Positions 38,884 to 52,443 of a stretch of 64,000 nucleotides of DNA are shown piece by piece (positions within the stretch are counted from its first letter, which is position 1; every line of letters starts with the position of its first letter). Origin of the DNA: Phoronis australis (taxonomy: Eukaryota; Animalia; Phoronida); contig NMRA01000310.1 in NCBI GenBank assembly GCA_002633005.1, positions 376,624 through 440,623 on the forward strand. The letters run 5' to 3'. Position numbers and translations under genes: made by a program. The notes under the pieces are model-generated. The model was not told the origin of the DNA and ran no database searches. It saw only the letters and a program-made list of their open reading frames with translations.

Positions 38884-39697
38884 GTAGGCGGTGCGATACT
38901 ACACAGGTCACATTCACCTTGGAAACCTGTAAAATGACAACTTGCAATTCCACGCATGCAAAACTGAATGGCAATGAAAAAGCAACCATTCATGTCAAAC
39001 TCACGGAAAATTTCATGAATACAAAAACCTTCATTTTGTAACTTATGAGTTGATGCATTCTGTATGTTTGGATACAAATTGGCATAAGTTACCATCTGTG
39101 ATTGGGTTTTCTCAACAATCAGTACGGTCCTCTTGTGCAAGGAACTGGCCTGGGACCTTCACACAGAGGAAATAATTAAATAAAAGGCCATCCGTAGAAT
39201 TAAAGCGTGTTTCAAAATGCTATAATGAATCGTGAGGAACATCACGCAAATCTCGTCTGACGAGCTCAGCCACTTAAATTTTTTTAAGTTCATTATCACA
39301 ATACCCAGCTGGTATCCGTTCAAGGCCCTTTTTCAGTATCCAAGCATTAAGATCCCAACTATACTGCGATCTATTCATGCCTGTTGTCAGTTATTGAAAC
39401 ACAGGAAGGAGTGTGTGTGACCTCGATATGTGAGACCTCAGTCGCCTCTAGCGATTAAGCTGACTAAACAAAAGTCTTTATATTGGCAGTTGCAACCAAT
39501 ATGCATATAAATAGTAACGAATATCACGAATGTCTCATTTAAAAAATCCGAAGTTATGTGGAGCAGTGGTATGTGAATTAGTTTGAGTCGGCTAACAAGT
39601 GTTCTGTCTCCCTTCATTTGTACTAGGACACAACAAGTTAGTTGAAATTTGAAAGACTCGTTCTCTGCATTAAGATGTGATCTTTTTGTCCTCTTAG

Positions 39698-39785
39698 GTA
39701 CAAGCTTCATTTTGCCAGAGAAACCAAGAAGGAGTTGCAGCAAAGGAAAGAAGAGTCCATGCAACCACTACACTTCCTCCCTGAG
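39698..39785 (+). CDS. GNL1: GNL1 exon 3
   Basis: cttag/gtgacc; YKLHFARETKKELQQRKEES. Confidence 0.9.
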
Positions 39786-40243
39786 GTGACCTTTGCCCTC
39801 CTGGCGTTGTTCATCTTTTATGATTTGCTGCTAGTATAAGAGCATGATGATACAATTTATCTAAACAATGCTTGTGCACACAACTGCATGTTGTATTACC
39901 GTTATAATGGGCACACAATAACATGACTGGTTGCTTGAAAGTTGTGTATTAAAAAATGTCACCACTTTCAGTCTGATACCTAAAACCCTCATTTGAAGGG
40001 CACCTGATGTACAAGACAAAATTCGGACAAAGTACTTCGTCGTGACTGCTAAGTCTGTCATTATCAAAAATGATTGGTAATAACAATAATTAAAATGGCA
40101 AAATTCTGATTACATAATTGTCTAGCTACCTTTCCTGTTAATTCCCCTTCATTCTTGGTCATCAGGGGAGACTACTCTGACGGTCATCAGGGGAGACTAC
40201 TCTGACAATGAATTCACCACCACCTGTTGTGAGGGAGAATTCC

Positions 40244-40416
40244 GGGTCATTTTGTCTGAATACTTTTGGCTCATACTGTAGCATGTACTGAAGTTATTCT
40301 GGGTCATTTTGTCTGAATACTTTTGGCTCATACTGTAGCATGTACTGAAGTTATTCTGGGTCATTTTGTCTGAATACTTTTGGCTCATACTGTAGCATGT
40401 ACTGAAGTTATTCTGG
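40244..40416. repeat. Tandem repeat 3 x 57 bp (preceded by 2 x 23 bp)
   Basis: gggtcattttgtctgaatac... at 40244, 40301, 40358. Confidence 0.92.
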
Positions 40417-40779
40417 ATGCCTTCCAAGGAATGCGAACACCCAAATAGTCAGACAAGATAAGTGATGAAAAGTTTGTTGTTGAACATGTCTAGAAACAAA
40501 GACTCGGAGATCAAAGATATTAAGCGACTGAATATTCCTTATTGACACTCTCTGACCAGGAATACTGGAACAATGATTCCGTGTTATTTTCTAATGTGTG
40601 ATACAAGCCAATGGGGTTATGCGCGGATGTCAGATAAAGCCCGAATCGCATTTTTGGGACCTCTCTTAATACAGCTGTGTGGGTTGAAGCCAAGTAAATA
40701 TAAATTGTTCTTGTGAGTTTGAGGAGATCATGCTAGTGTAGTGCAAGGCCTCTCCTGTGTTTCGTGGTATGTCAAGATG

Positions 40780-41045
40780 TTGAAACAGAACCGGGCAAGA
40801 AGGTATAGAGATCCAGATTAAGTAGAGGAAGTGGAGGTAGGTTGGTCACACTTTATGAAAGCCGAATACAAATACTACCAAGCTTGCCCTTAACTGGGAC
40901 CCCCAGCTGAGACGAAAGCGAGGCAGACCTGTGCAAAATTGGAGAAGAACTGACATCTGAACACTTCTCTTTTTTCATGTCATGGAATGAGATCTGAGCA
41001 AACGCTACCAACCTGACCAGATGGCGAGCAGTCGTGAGTGTCCAG
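40780..41045 (+). mobile_element. Decayed RTE-clade LINE 3' fragment
   Basis: IEIQIK*RKWR*VGHTL*KPNTNTTKLALNWDPQLRRKRGRPVQNWRRT...RWRAVV, the RTE C-terminal motif with in-frame stops. Confidence 0.8.
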
Positions 41046-41256
41046 AAGCAAAAGTCAGTCATGTCAGGATGTCCCACCAATCACTGTCTCGTTAATACTT
41101 CATGAATGCATCTCCAGTTTTATCAATTCTGGTCAAAAGACTGAAATCAGACCAATGCGGTCATCTTTTACTTGTAATATTACTCAGTTGCTGTAAGTGA
41201 TTGAATGAGAATGGTGTTTTATCAGCATAGCAAAGTGTCAGCAATGCTTTTTCCAG

Positions 41257-41385
41257 ACTGCCTGTGAGATGAGCTTTGAAGACATCTATAGGCCAGGTTC
41301 TGCACTAGATATGCCCAAGAGACCTCTATGGGATTACAAGCTCAGCAAAGAAAAACTGGATGACAACGAGCAGAAATATTTCAAG
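41257..41385 (+). CDS. GNL1: GNL1 exon 4
   Basis: ttccag/gtaatg; IYRPGSALDMPKRPLWDY. Confidence 0.92.
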
Positions 41386-42322
41386 GTAATGGCTTGTAAT
41401 TGTTAACATCTCTGTTTTGAATTTTTGTGTGACACAGTGTTTGTCTGACACCTATTTTTACACAAGCATTTCCATTTATAAGTGAGAGATGGAAGCTGCA
41501 TGTCACCTGATATGAGACTACCATGAGCTCAGCTCCCTGTTAGTTGTTGTGCTCTTGTTGTTGAATATTTTACGCAATAAGTATGTATTGCATTGTAGTG
41601 TTGCAATGATTTGACAACCTGTCATTGACAACATTGTTGAAGAACTTCAAAACAAAATTGATCCTGTGATCTCATTAAAAATTCATGAAAACAAGGCAAA
41701 GTCTCCTCGGCGGCACTCAAATCTTCGTCTGGTTCTCCTAAAATTTTTTTAGTAGTCATTAAATGAGGCGAGGTCTATTCAGCTACAACCAAAACCTCAC
41801 CTGTTTGTGTGCGAGTGCGTCATCTGTTGTTCAGCAGGGAAACTAAAGTTCTGGGTCAGATTCAGTCTCCTTCTCATCTGATTAGTTCCCGGACCTGCTC
41901 GTCATAGCAAACAGCCTTGGTACTTCTTAGTGACTAGTGTCACTCAAAACAAATTCAGAATCGAGCCTCAAAAGGTTTCCAATTGATTCTGAAAAACAAT
42001 CCGATTTCCAGCACTATTCTGTTGAGTGATGTTTTGTATCATTGTTTTTTGCATTGATATGATTCCACATTATGTATCCTCTTCATTTCCACAAAAATAC
42101 TGCAGAATTCATTTCCATTAAACTCTACTGAGAGGGAGACTCTCATGTCTTCACCATGAGGGGACAAAAAATGTAGAGTTGTCAAGGCCAACAAATTGAA
42201 CAGCCATTTGATTACGATGATATTTTTTCTTGTAATGGGGGAACTAATATTGCACTATTTTGCTCTTCACATCTTGTTACACTATGTTGTGTCATGCTGC
42301 TCAGAATTGCTGTTTGTTGCAG

Positions 42323-42463
42323 GAATATGTTGAAACAATCTTCAGTCAACACGAGGCAGACAAACTAAGTTACTTTGAGCTGAACCTTGAGACATGGAGA
42401 CAGTTGTGGCGAGTGCTTGAGATATCGGACATTGTGCTGATGATTACCGATATCAGATATCCG
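42323..42463 (+). CDS. GNL1: GNL1 exon 5
   Basis: LSYFELNLETWRQLWRVLEISDIVLMITDIRYP (Lsg1/GNL1 signature). Confidence 0.96.
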
Positions 42464-42919
42464 GTAAGACAAAGTCATAGCAATTACATCATTACAATCC
42501 TGAAAGGCTTCACATTTTTGAAAGACTAAACATTTTCAGTTGACCTCTTGGGGTTTTATGATTGCTGCACTGTCCTCTGGTTCAGTCCACAAATTCGATG
42601 TGTATTAACTGAAGAATTGATGGCACCTAACTGCTCGAAGATGGTGTTACATATGGCCATGCTACTAAAAGTCACAGCAAGAGCCGTGCCCGAGTGTTGT
42701 CCTATCAGATGCTGACAGGCAACATCAGCCCTGGAGTTCTGCACCTTCTGCTGTCCCAAGGATGGTTTGGGGAGGGGATTAGTGCACCGGCATATCCTTT
42801 TGATCCTGTCCGTGACAGATATTACAGGTATTGCAGGATAATGTAATATTGTTGACATACATGTATTTGGGTGACACATGAACATCTGCGGCAACACTTT
42901 TTGTATTTTTCATCCGTAG

Positions 42920-43118
42920 GTGATCCATTTTTCACCCGCCCTTTATAACTATGTTACGAAAGATCTCAACAAGTCCATCATCCTGGTTCTTAACAAGATT
43001 GATCTTGCGCCACCTGGTGTCGTTGTTGCATGGAGACACTACTTGCACTGCCATTATCCTCAGTTGAATGTCGTCTGCTTCACATCTCAACCCAAGACAG
43101 AAGTGGAACGATTCAGAG
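42920..43118 (+). CDS. GNL1: GNL1 exon 6 (G4 NKxD)
   Basis: ILVLNKIDLAPP; cgtag/gtgagt. Confidence 0.95.
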
Positions 43119-43629
43119 GTGAGTGGAAATTTGGGACCTGCTTATTGGCCATTCAAGTACGTGCTGTTAAATTAGGACGGGTTTTTAGAAATTTTAAGAG
43201 AATTTGTGATGATATGTTCATTCATCAAAAAATTAACGTTGTGCTGACAGTAAATTTGTCAAGAAGACAATCTTTAGTGAGCTTATAAGCTCTTGAAAAA
43301 GTGCGATATCTTTGAAAACATTTCCCTAGAAACTGACGGCTGTAATGTTTACTCTGAATCCTCCGCACCTGCAACTTCCTATCATGAAGTTCATGAATAA
43401 AAGTCTTGGGATTCTCATGCGCCGCATACTACACTGTGACAAAACTGTATGGAAGGGAAAACCACAATCTTTTTTATTTCTGTTAATGCAAGCCCCCTGT
43501 TATCTTAAAGATTTATATCTGAATCAGCTTTAAATACGTTTCCCCTGTTGTTCACTTTGTAAACAATGGTTATACTGAAGTGACATATAAATAAAATTAT
43601 GAAAATCTTGAACCGGTGTGAAATTTTTT

Positions 43630-43785
43630 TTAAGTCTGGTATGCACGCCATCTGTTAGCCACATCAGCAGATAAAGTTCTTGGGTTCGAATCCTGGTCGG
43701 AGGGCAGAAATCTTTTCAAACTTATGTTCATTAGGTCACGCGATGTGGCCAACAGGTGACATGCAGACCAGGCTTAAACTTGTTT
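43630..43785 (+). mobile_element. tRNA-derived SINE, second family
   Basis: GGTTCGAATCC at 43683-43693; body tgtggccaacaggtg.c.tgcagac recurs at ~49896 (+) and ~26045-26079 (-). Confidence 0.55.
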
Positions 43786-45046
43786 GTGGTCTGAGGTGAC
43801 ATAGTTTTCCTAACAACTAGATAGCCTCATGATTACATTCGTTAAGCAAACACAATGACTGAGTCATTGTTGAACACTGAGTTAAGGCGGCTTTTAAACG
43901 TCTGCTTTCTGTCCAATAAGCAAACTTGTTGATTTAGATTTCTCACTGTTATAAACTTGTTACAACCTGTTCCTTACTCAGATGTGAAGTAATTTCTGGG
44001 TTTTTCAAAGGTCTGGCCGTATACTATTCCTTGAGACCCTGCTTGGTGCATAAAATGGCATCCATGTTGTGACAAGCCAACTTGTAGAGCCTTGTCACAG
44101 GCACTCAATGAACCATCAGTTCTCTCAAAACACTGAAACCATGAGTTTTTTGTCTAAGGAACAATTATTTGAGATCAGTTTGATAACGATAAGTTGTCTA
44201 AAATAAGAGTTGTATTATTATTGTGATTGAAGGCAGGTTCACAGCTGATTTAACTAAATGAGTGCTTGCATATTAAAGAGTTTCAAACTTGAGTGGTCAC
44301 TCAACATGATTGATTCTTTACTGACATGTTAACCTGATGAAGTTGATCTATCACAAGCCCCTCCCCCCTTTCCAAAATGTCGACAAATAAACAATTAGTT
44401 TTACTCAGTCAGCAATGTGTTGTTTGTCTGGTAAAATGGCCGCTTGGAAACGAAGGTGTGCCAAGAATGCTGTGATCTGATTTGGCATTTCAGCCGTCAC
44501 TCAAAATCCTGGCTATAGGTCAATTCCTTTGCACCTCACTGTCTGTTTTCATGTTCTAATACCAAACGCAAATCATTATTATTGTTTACCGATTTGTATC
44601 ATACTTACCTTTCATCATAGGATGCTTGCCTCTGTTGAATGTATGCTGTGTTATGTGTCAGTTCTTAATAACATGTGCATTGTGTGTGTATTATAATTTC
44701 TGAAAGCTCATAACTCTAGAGCCTATAGGATTCTTTAAAAGTTTGACATCATTCATACTGTCGATTTTTGTTACAACATGCCTAGCTGTTTATGAGTCCA
44801 CTCACTTACCATGTTCCATTCTTCAAGTCCCAAGTCAACAAGTCCTGTAATTTGGATCCAGCAAACCTAAAATACCACGACAGTTTTAGAAAAGTCCCAC
44901 GACTGCTGGTTGCAATGATGTTCAACTGTATCATGTCACTTATTTTCAGAGCTAAGATATCATTGTATATGTTTAGTTAGGGTAGCAAATTTTTCCCCAT
45001 CTGATGTTTACGCAGTGAGATCCTCTTCATTTTCTTTGTGTTCCAG

Positions 45047-45133
45047 CTAAACACAGAAGGAAGGTCAAGCGCCCTCCTGCCCTTGGTCCTGCGGAGTTGT
45101 TACACGCCTGTGAGAGGATAGTTGGGAAATCAG
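45047..45133 (+). CDS. GNL1: GNL1 exon 7
   Basis: ALGPAELLHACERIVGK; ttccag/gtatag. Confidence 0.9.
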
Positions 45134-45424
45134 GTATAGTAAACAGGAAGTCACATAACGTAATTACAAGTTTAATGCCTCTGTCCTTTTAAGATCACTA
45201 TCTAGTTATCTTTATCAACAGTGTCTATTGGTAAGTGTATTCTCACTATTCGGATCTAGTTGCTTACTTGCAACACACATGTGAACTGAGAATTGTGACT
45301 TAACACATATAATAAATCCACACGTAGTGTTTGGCTGTTAGAAGTTCTCCGTGCCTACACAGAGAGGAGTGTGATTGAGTTGGATTTGATCTGATAAGAA
45401 TTTGATTGATTATTATGATTATAG

Positions 45425-45628
45425 TTGACTTAAGTAGCTGGAGGGAGAAGATAATGATTCACCGATTATTCGAAGCTTGTGATGAGGACAGCAGTGATGA
45501 TGAGCACGATGACAATGGTGATGATGACGAGGGCGATGGCAGTGATTCGCTGGCTCCTGTTGACTTAGACACATCATACGAACACCATGAAAAATACAAA
45601 AACGGAGTGCTGACCATTGGATGTATAG
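45425..45628 (+). CDS. GNL1: GNL1 exon 8
   Basis: VDLSSWREKI, acidic loop, YKNGVLTIGCIG. Confidence 0.93.
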
Positions 45629-45717
45629 GTAATGTCTTATGGTTTATTCAAATTGCCTTACAGAAGTAACCAACTTAAGTCTAGAGGCACTTCAAAGAAA
45701 ATCCAGTCAGCTGTTAG

Positions 45718-46195
45718 CAGGGCTTGGAATTTTCCGCGGAAACGCGGATTTCCGCTTTTTTGAAATGTGCTTTCCGCTTTTTTTAAATAATATTTTCGCG
45801 TAAAAAAATCGGATTTGATATGAAATTTCCGCGGCAAATTCCTTTCTTACCGCGGCGTTGCAGACGACGTTCACCTCGGAAAGCGGAAGTCTTTATGTTT
45901 TGGAGGAACGTAAATTGTCAACATTGCCGGGGCGTCTGGGTAAAGCGTGGTCTGATTGTCAATGGCGGCTCGTGTTATTGTTAAGCGCGGCGACAAATAC
46001 TACAGCTCTGCAGCCAAATTTGTGTGGGTTGGAAGTGGACTGGCGAGCGAAAAGGACGCAGTCGCATGCTACTGATGGTGGTAACGATTTTTGTCGCGGG
46101 AAGGTTCACATTGACCATTTCAAAGGCTGGTTATCGGGCATGATTTGGGCCGTAAAAGTTTCCGCGTTTTTTGTCATTGGTCATTCCAAGCCCTG
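45718..46195. mobile_element. hAT-like MITE, 13-bp TIR, 6-bp TSD
   Basis: CAGGGCTTGGAAT...ATTCCAAGCCCTG flanked by tgttag on both sides. Confidence 0.88.
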
Positions 46196-47300
46196 TGTTA
46201 GGCACATCCAGTTGATGTCTAAGTTACCTTCACCAAAGGTTTGAAACTTGATATGACAACAGTTGTGGATGGTGTCCTCACCTGCCTTTTGGCCATAGTT
46301 GGCCCTGCCTATGCTTAAATTTCAAACTCCCACGTTGGAAGTTTGATAAATGAGGTCCTTTTTTTCAGAATACACTCATCTGCTTACTAACTGTTGACAC
46401 GGTTTGTAACATCTCATTTGATTGTGACTTTAAAAAATTTGATAACATTTGTCATTTCTTTCCACTCAGCTTATGCGTGTTTTTTAAAAGTGACTCTAAG
46501 AGCACTTCTATCGCTAGTAATGTGGAAGATTGCATGATCTCTTGATATTTGTGACACCTTACTCTAACCATAGCATTCACATACTGTGCGCAACTAGAAC
46601 ACATTAAATGGAAGATCAAAATAATGTTACTGATACTGCTATTCTTGGTTTTGAAGTAGTTAACAAAATACTGCCAGCCATTGGCCAGGGCTCTAATCTG
46701 CAAATTCAGACTTGAAACTTGTCCAACCTCTGCGCATGATTTGAGTACAAGTTTTTAAGTTTACTCGAAATGTGTCATGGAATTTTCGAGTGGAGTTTCG
46801 AGTACAGGAGATTAGACTTCCATTCTCTGGGTACAAGGGAAATGAATACAATACATAAAACAAAATCTCAACAATTTTAGACATAAATTATTCCGGAAAT
46901 TGTCCTTTTTCATTTTCCAGTCTGTGGCTTCAGTTGTGAATGCCCGCAATTTTTCAAAATAGTGTCTGGTGGTTGCTATGGTACCAAACTTGCATGGAAA
47001 AGCATTAAAACCTAACTTCGAGTGAATTTTGTTATTTTAGGTATATTGGGCTTACCAGATAGTCCTAGCAAAGCCTTGGTAAAATAAGAAAACGCGAGAT
47101 CAAATAAATTTACAAACTTACAGTTCTTGTTAACGTTGAAGTCTATAATTTGGTTCTACATGTTTTTACTAACTTAAGGGAAAAAAGAAGAAAATTTTCA
47201 CTTGTCCATTGTGTCCTAAATTGCTGAGATTTTAGTTATGATAATTATAATAATAACAAAAACGATAATAATAATAATAGTAATAATAATAATATTGTAG

Positions 47301-47479
47301 GTTATCCCAACGTTGGTAAGTCATCTCTAATCAACAGTCTCAATGTGAAGAAGGTTGTGAGTGTTTCGAGGACACCAGGACACACCAAACACTTCCAGAC
47401 CATCTTCTTAACGCCCACGGTCAGACTATGTGACTGTCCAGGACTCGTTTTCCCGTCCCTTGTACCCAAATCATTGCAG
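47301..47479 (+). CDS. GNL1: GNL1 exon 9 (G1, G2, G3)
   Basis: GYPNVGKSSLIN, SRTPGHTKHFQT, DCPGLVFPS; G4 precedes G1, i.e. a circularly permuted GTPase. Confidence 0.97.
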
Positions 47480-47914
47480 GTGAGTCAGTTGTGATGAGTC
47501 ATGCACATTCCGGGATCGAACTATTCATTAACCCATAGAGGGTAATAAAACAATTTTCGTGTCAGCTAGGACCATAAACCCTTTGTTAAGCTGTGTTTAG
47601 CTACACAATCCAACTGGGACAGTTGTATACAAAGTGATGGGTTTACAAAGAACTGCTTTCTCTAAGCACTTTGCCAAAGTTCTGGTGAAAACTGAGAAGG
47701 AAACCTGGCAGTAATAACTAAATCTTTTACAAGTTAACATAAAGCTAATTGTGCTTCAAAATTTTGCTGAATTTTGAACCGGAGAAAAATTTCAACTTTT
47801 TTGCAGTTCATTTCTATATTAATTTTAGTATCAATAGGCGTGGTGACATATTGTAAATTAAATGAAATTACTAACCACCAGGACTTGATAGTTTTCTCTG
47901 CTAACTTTCTGCAG

Positions 47915-48065
47915 GTGTTGGCAGGTATGTACCCCATATCTCAGGTGAGAGAGCCGTACAGTGTGGTTCAATACTTGGCCGAGAGGGTGGACCTCCCTCG
48001 TGTGTTACGCTTGAATCACCTCGACGAGGATAGCACGACGTGGTCAGCTTTTGACATATGTGATG
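47915..48065 (+). CDS. GNL1: GNL1 exon 10
   Basis: VLAGMYPISQVREPYSVVQYLAER...WSAFDICD. Confidence 0.95.
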
Positions 48066-48925
48066 GTGAGTGTTTAGGCTGGCTGAACAAAGGTACTTCC
48101 TAAATGTACTTAATAAACCATTAATTTTCATTACAATCTCTTGTTCAGTATTACTTGTTGTAGGTAATATACTTACAATGTACAACTACTCAGTAGTCCC
48201 AACCCCCCCAATTGTTTTACTTCCTTTACAACAATACTCCAAACTACTTGTCGTGCTCATTTCAGCTGCACTTCCTCGAATTATTGGTTACTTATAGGTT
48301 ATTGGTAACATTTTAGAAGTGTCGTAGGTAAGTGGCTTGCATGTTGCGATAGTAGGCAACGGCTACCTGGACCACTTATTACCAATTGGAAAAGATCTTC
48401 AGTTCCCCGTGTTGTCTGGGAGGCGACTGAACAAGAGATTGTAATGTAAAAGTAGTAAGTTATAACTGGTGTTTCTGTCAATAACTTTTGATATGTTTAC
48501 TGACACAAACCGTCAAATACATACGAGTCCACCTATTGTTCAGTTTGGCAACTATCTTTAACCTGGGTGTTTATCAAGTGCTCAATGTTGTCGAGGCACG
48601 TCTCAATGTCCTCTACTTTGTAAATTGCTAACAGGATCTACTGATTGGAGCACAACTGGCATTGATTTTGGGACGGGTCCAATTACTCTGGCATTTAGAA
48701 GAATACCATTTGTGTTGCAGTCGTGGGCGCATTTCTTGTATGGGAAAATTCCATGACTTCCAGTCCTGAAAGGGTCTTGAGTGTATCATTTTTCTCAACC
48801 AAATTCGAGCTCTTCAAAAACTGTTATCAATTCAACTGGGAAAAATGGGTTCTAGGGACATTAGTGCTGGTATTTGTCATTGTTTGTTTGATGTTATCAG
48901 TTACTGTGATGATAATTTACCACAG

Positions 48926-49066
48926 CATGGGCAGACAAACGAGGCTACAGAACGGCCAAAGCTGCAAGGCCTGACACCTATAGGGCAGCTAACAGCATAT
49001 TGAGATATGCTTTAGAGGGGGCAATATGTCTATGCATGAAGCCACCTGGATATGCATTGCAAAATG
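48926..49066 (+). CDS. GNL1: GNL1 exon 11
   Basis: AWADKRGYRTAKAARPDTYRAANSILR. Confidence 0.95.
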
Positions 49067-49361
49067 GTAAGGGGTGTGCGATTAATATCTTTGATTAAAT
49101 ATTCATTTAATTTAATTAATTTATGTATTGAAATATTAAGTGTTATGTCATAATGGCAGTTTTTAGAGATTTTTATTTTTATTGATTGCAACATCTAGGA
49201 ATGTTGATTTTTATAATACACTGACTCAGAGTTTCTCTTTAATTTATTTTTCTGTATTTTGCTAGTTACTAAGTCATTTTAAAGCCACAACTGTCAGCTT
49301 GACTTTCTCAACCCCAAAAATATGATAGCCGAGAAATGAATTAAGTTGTTCTTATACAGTA

Positions 49362-49709
49362 CAAGAGTTGATAAACACACGACACTTGTCATTGTTGACT
49401 ATCTTTATTCCATTCCATTCGTATCCTCGGAACATATTCGACATTCAATAGAACAGTGGTAAAATAACAGACCAAGAGACATGATTAAAAGACACTGTAT
49501 TTCGAAACATATTTGTTTCATTCTCAAGTGGAAATAAAATGACGCAGTAATACCACCACAGAGCAAACACTAGAAACACACAGCGGGACACAGCATGTGT
49601 CAGTTATCTCACCAGTGTTCTGTTGAATGTCGAACTTTGTTCCAAGGATATGAATGGAACGGAATAAAGATTGTCAATAATGACAAGTGTCATGTCTTCA
49701 ACAACTTTT
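49362..49709. mobile_element. Foldback MITE, ~110-bp arms, in the last GNL1 intron
   Basis: gacacttgtcattgttgactatctttattccattccattc / gaatggaacggaataaagattgtcaataatgacaagtgtc. Confidence 0.75.
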
Positions 49710-50234
49710 GCTCAACGGAAAGCCTGCTACACAAGTGCAGCAAGTTCAAGATACAGTGCAAGACAAAAGCAATCAGACAAATAACCTTTTTCCTGCCATG
49801 ACGGCTACTTCTATTTAACAGGAAAAATTATTGGTGTTATGATTATTAAGATGGCAAAATTTTAATTACAGAATGACATACTTTATTAAGTATAATGTGG
49901 CCAACAGGTGGCGTGCAGACAAGTCTTAAAATGAGTGTGATTCTTTGTCATCAGGGGAGACAACTCTGACAAGGAATTTGGCTTCCACCCAGCCATCATG
50001 ATGAGAAATTCTGGGTCATTTTGTTCGTACTTAATGTTTTATGTCTTATATGATGAAATTAGGATTGATCAGCAGCATGGTGTCTCATCCTGGTATTTTT
50101 GCTTGCTGCAACTAGAATAATGTTATAATGCTTGTAAGACCTTTGTTCTTGGAATAAATTTACATGTCTCGTAACATTTGCTGTAAATGTTTGTCAAAGG
50201 ACATCCAGTAATTCTTCTGCACTGTTATTTTCAG

Positions 50235-50413
50235 ATGACTGGTTAAATCACTTGGAGACGATGGAAATAAGTTACGCCCAGACAGTGCACTGCCGAACCA
50301 TCCGTCGGTTCTCGCGGGAAGTGAGACTTGACTTTGATAGTGACGATAGTGATGATAGTGAGCCAGAGATGCCTAGTAACTTGAATCCCTTTGCACTTCT
50401 GGCCAATGAGTGA
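50235..50413 (+). CDS. GNL1: GNL1 terminal exon
   Basis: tttcag acceptor; acidic tail then NPFALLANE* (GNL1 'NPYALL'); AATAAA at 51917. Confidence 0.9.
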
Positions 50414-52190
50414 ATGGACGTGTCGTCTGCACTGCAAGCTTGTCAATGACTGGTGACTGTGACTTGTCCGTCTTTCCTGACACGTGTGATTAGACAAGGT
50501 CATACACTATGCAACTACAATAATGGTGCCAGTTTCAAAATGAAAATTCAAACACAAGTGTACTGCAGTATGAGGTGTTGGGGATTTAAATTTTTATTTT
50601 TTAAAAGGTTGACTTCTGCAGGTAAAAAAGGGCCTTCAATGTAAAGTAAAATGAGACTGAACCTGTGTATTAACTCGAAATAACACAGTCCTATAATTAC
50701 TGTACTGCAAGAATCCTTGTGACTAACGCCAGTAATGAAAATGAATTCATAGTGAAAGTTTGATTCTGATAACAGCGAAACTTATTTTGTAACCAGTGTT
50801 TGAATTTTGAGTTCCCTACACAGATTTTGAAAGGTTAGGGAAAAATTTCCAATTTCCCTGTTAGATAGTGAATTTAACTGATGAACGGCACCTCGGTAAC
50901 TCGTTGATGACTGTTTCGTATGATAGATGGCAACAGGATAATAATGTACGTAAATGTGTTGCAGCTATCCAGGTTGTCATCACTTTACTTGGCTCAGTTT
51001 TAGATAAGGATGTGTGACATAAAGGTGCCCTTTGTTGATTTTTTTCTCCCATTTCATTTTACCCTTTAAAATGTACCTTAATCCAAGGTTGTTTTGCCTG
51101 AAATGGAATAGGGTGTTTTTTGCTCAACTAATGTACCCTGCATAAATGTTTGTTGCAAGCTATTTGAATATTTCCAAAAATAATGTTAATTCGATTTCTA
51201 GTTTGTGATGTTATATTTTGTATTTGTCAAGTATACTACTGATTAAACGAACTGTAAAAAAATGTTCCCACATTTAGGTTGTCAGTTAAAATTTAAGTGT
51301 AGATTTGTATACTTTGTGATATGGCTAAATGTCACTGTGGCAATAACATGTGATGCTAACATGCCAAAGTTAAACAATTTCAGTTAGTTTTCATTATGTT
51401 AGATGGATTTGCTGAAAATCATTCAACAGAGGGCGCCAAGAGTTATAAGTGACATATCGCCACTGCTCTCCAGGTCGTTTTATGTCATTTTGAATAAGTG
51501 TGAATGTGGATAAACAAAAACCTTTTTACAGTTGGAGATAAGTGGGTTGTCTGTCTTTTCTGCCACCTGTTGGACAGAAATGTGGGTCCAAGTTCTCTGG
51601 TTTCAGTGGTTGAATTCATCCTGCTTGGAATATATACTTCCCACAATCCATTGCAAATATCCGACAAATCTCTAACCTCTGTGAAAATTGCCAGTTGTTT
51701 TTAGGTGCTGTTTTTGTGTTTTTTTTTTTTTGGTTTGTGACTTTTGAGCTTCACCTCAAGGATCATTTGTGGTGCTTTGTAAAATGTTATTTCCGTGGTG
51801 ACTCTCATAATGTGCCAAGCCACAGTTGAAGTGAGACATGCTCAACTCTTAACTTCCTTTCTTGAGTCTGTCATGTGGTGAAACACTGTCTAAAATTTGA
51901 CTGTATTACTGTCATTAATAAAAAAATTTCAGTCTGTTTTGAAATTGAAACAGTTGTATTGTGCTACTGAGAATGAAATCAAGACAGAATTAAGGATTTA
52001 GGCAATGGTGATTCATCATGCGCTTAGCACATAACATGAACAGTTGGTGAAGTGGAAGTTTATTTTGTTGTCAAATTCATTGACAAAGATATAAATTAAC
52101 AAAACCTTAATCTACTATTTGCTTAATTTGTACTGTGGAGATGTTAGAAAACATTTTTGCAAGCTTTCCACTATCTTGAGTAAGCTTGAT

Positions 52191-52418
52191 ACCCGAGAGG
52201 GTCTGTTATATTGACAAGGTGCCTGCAGGCAGGTACTAAAAATTGCAAATAGTACTTTTTTTCTGGAACTTTTGTGGGACCTGTGCAGAATTCAATAGGC
52301 CCTTAAATTTCCATTTCGTGGGGATGAAGCAGAAAAACCTACTCCGTAGTAGGGGATCTCTTAGCAATTTTTAGTGAATGCCTGCAGGCACCTTGTCAAT
52401 ATGAGTGACCTCCCAGGT
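52191..52418. mobile_element. Small MITE with perfect 24-bp inverted core
   Basis: atattgacaaggtgcctgcaggca (52208-52231) / tgcctgcaggcaccttgtcaatat (52379-52402). Confidence 0.75.
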
Positions 52419-52443
52419 TTAATATTAGCCTTTGAAAAAGCAA

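Noticed and set aside
40157-40210. Hammerhead ribozyme (minus-strand GTC...CTGATGA; also ~49950, 15478, 10664)
   Set aside because: No stem II followed by a properly placed GAAA
42556-42897. 113-aa antisense ORF in GNL1 intron 5
   Set aside because: No recognisable homology; length compatible with chance
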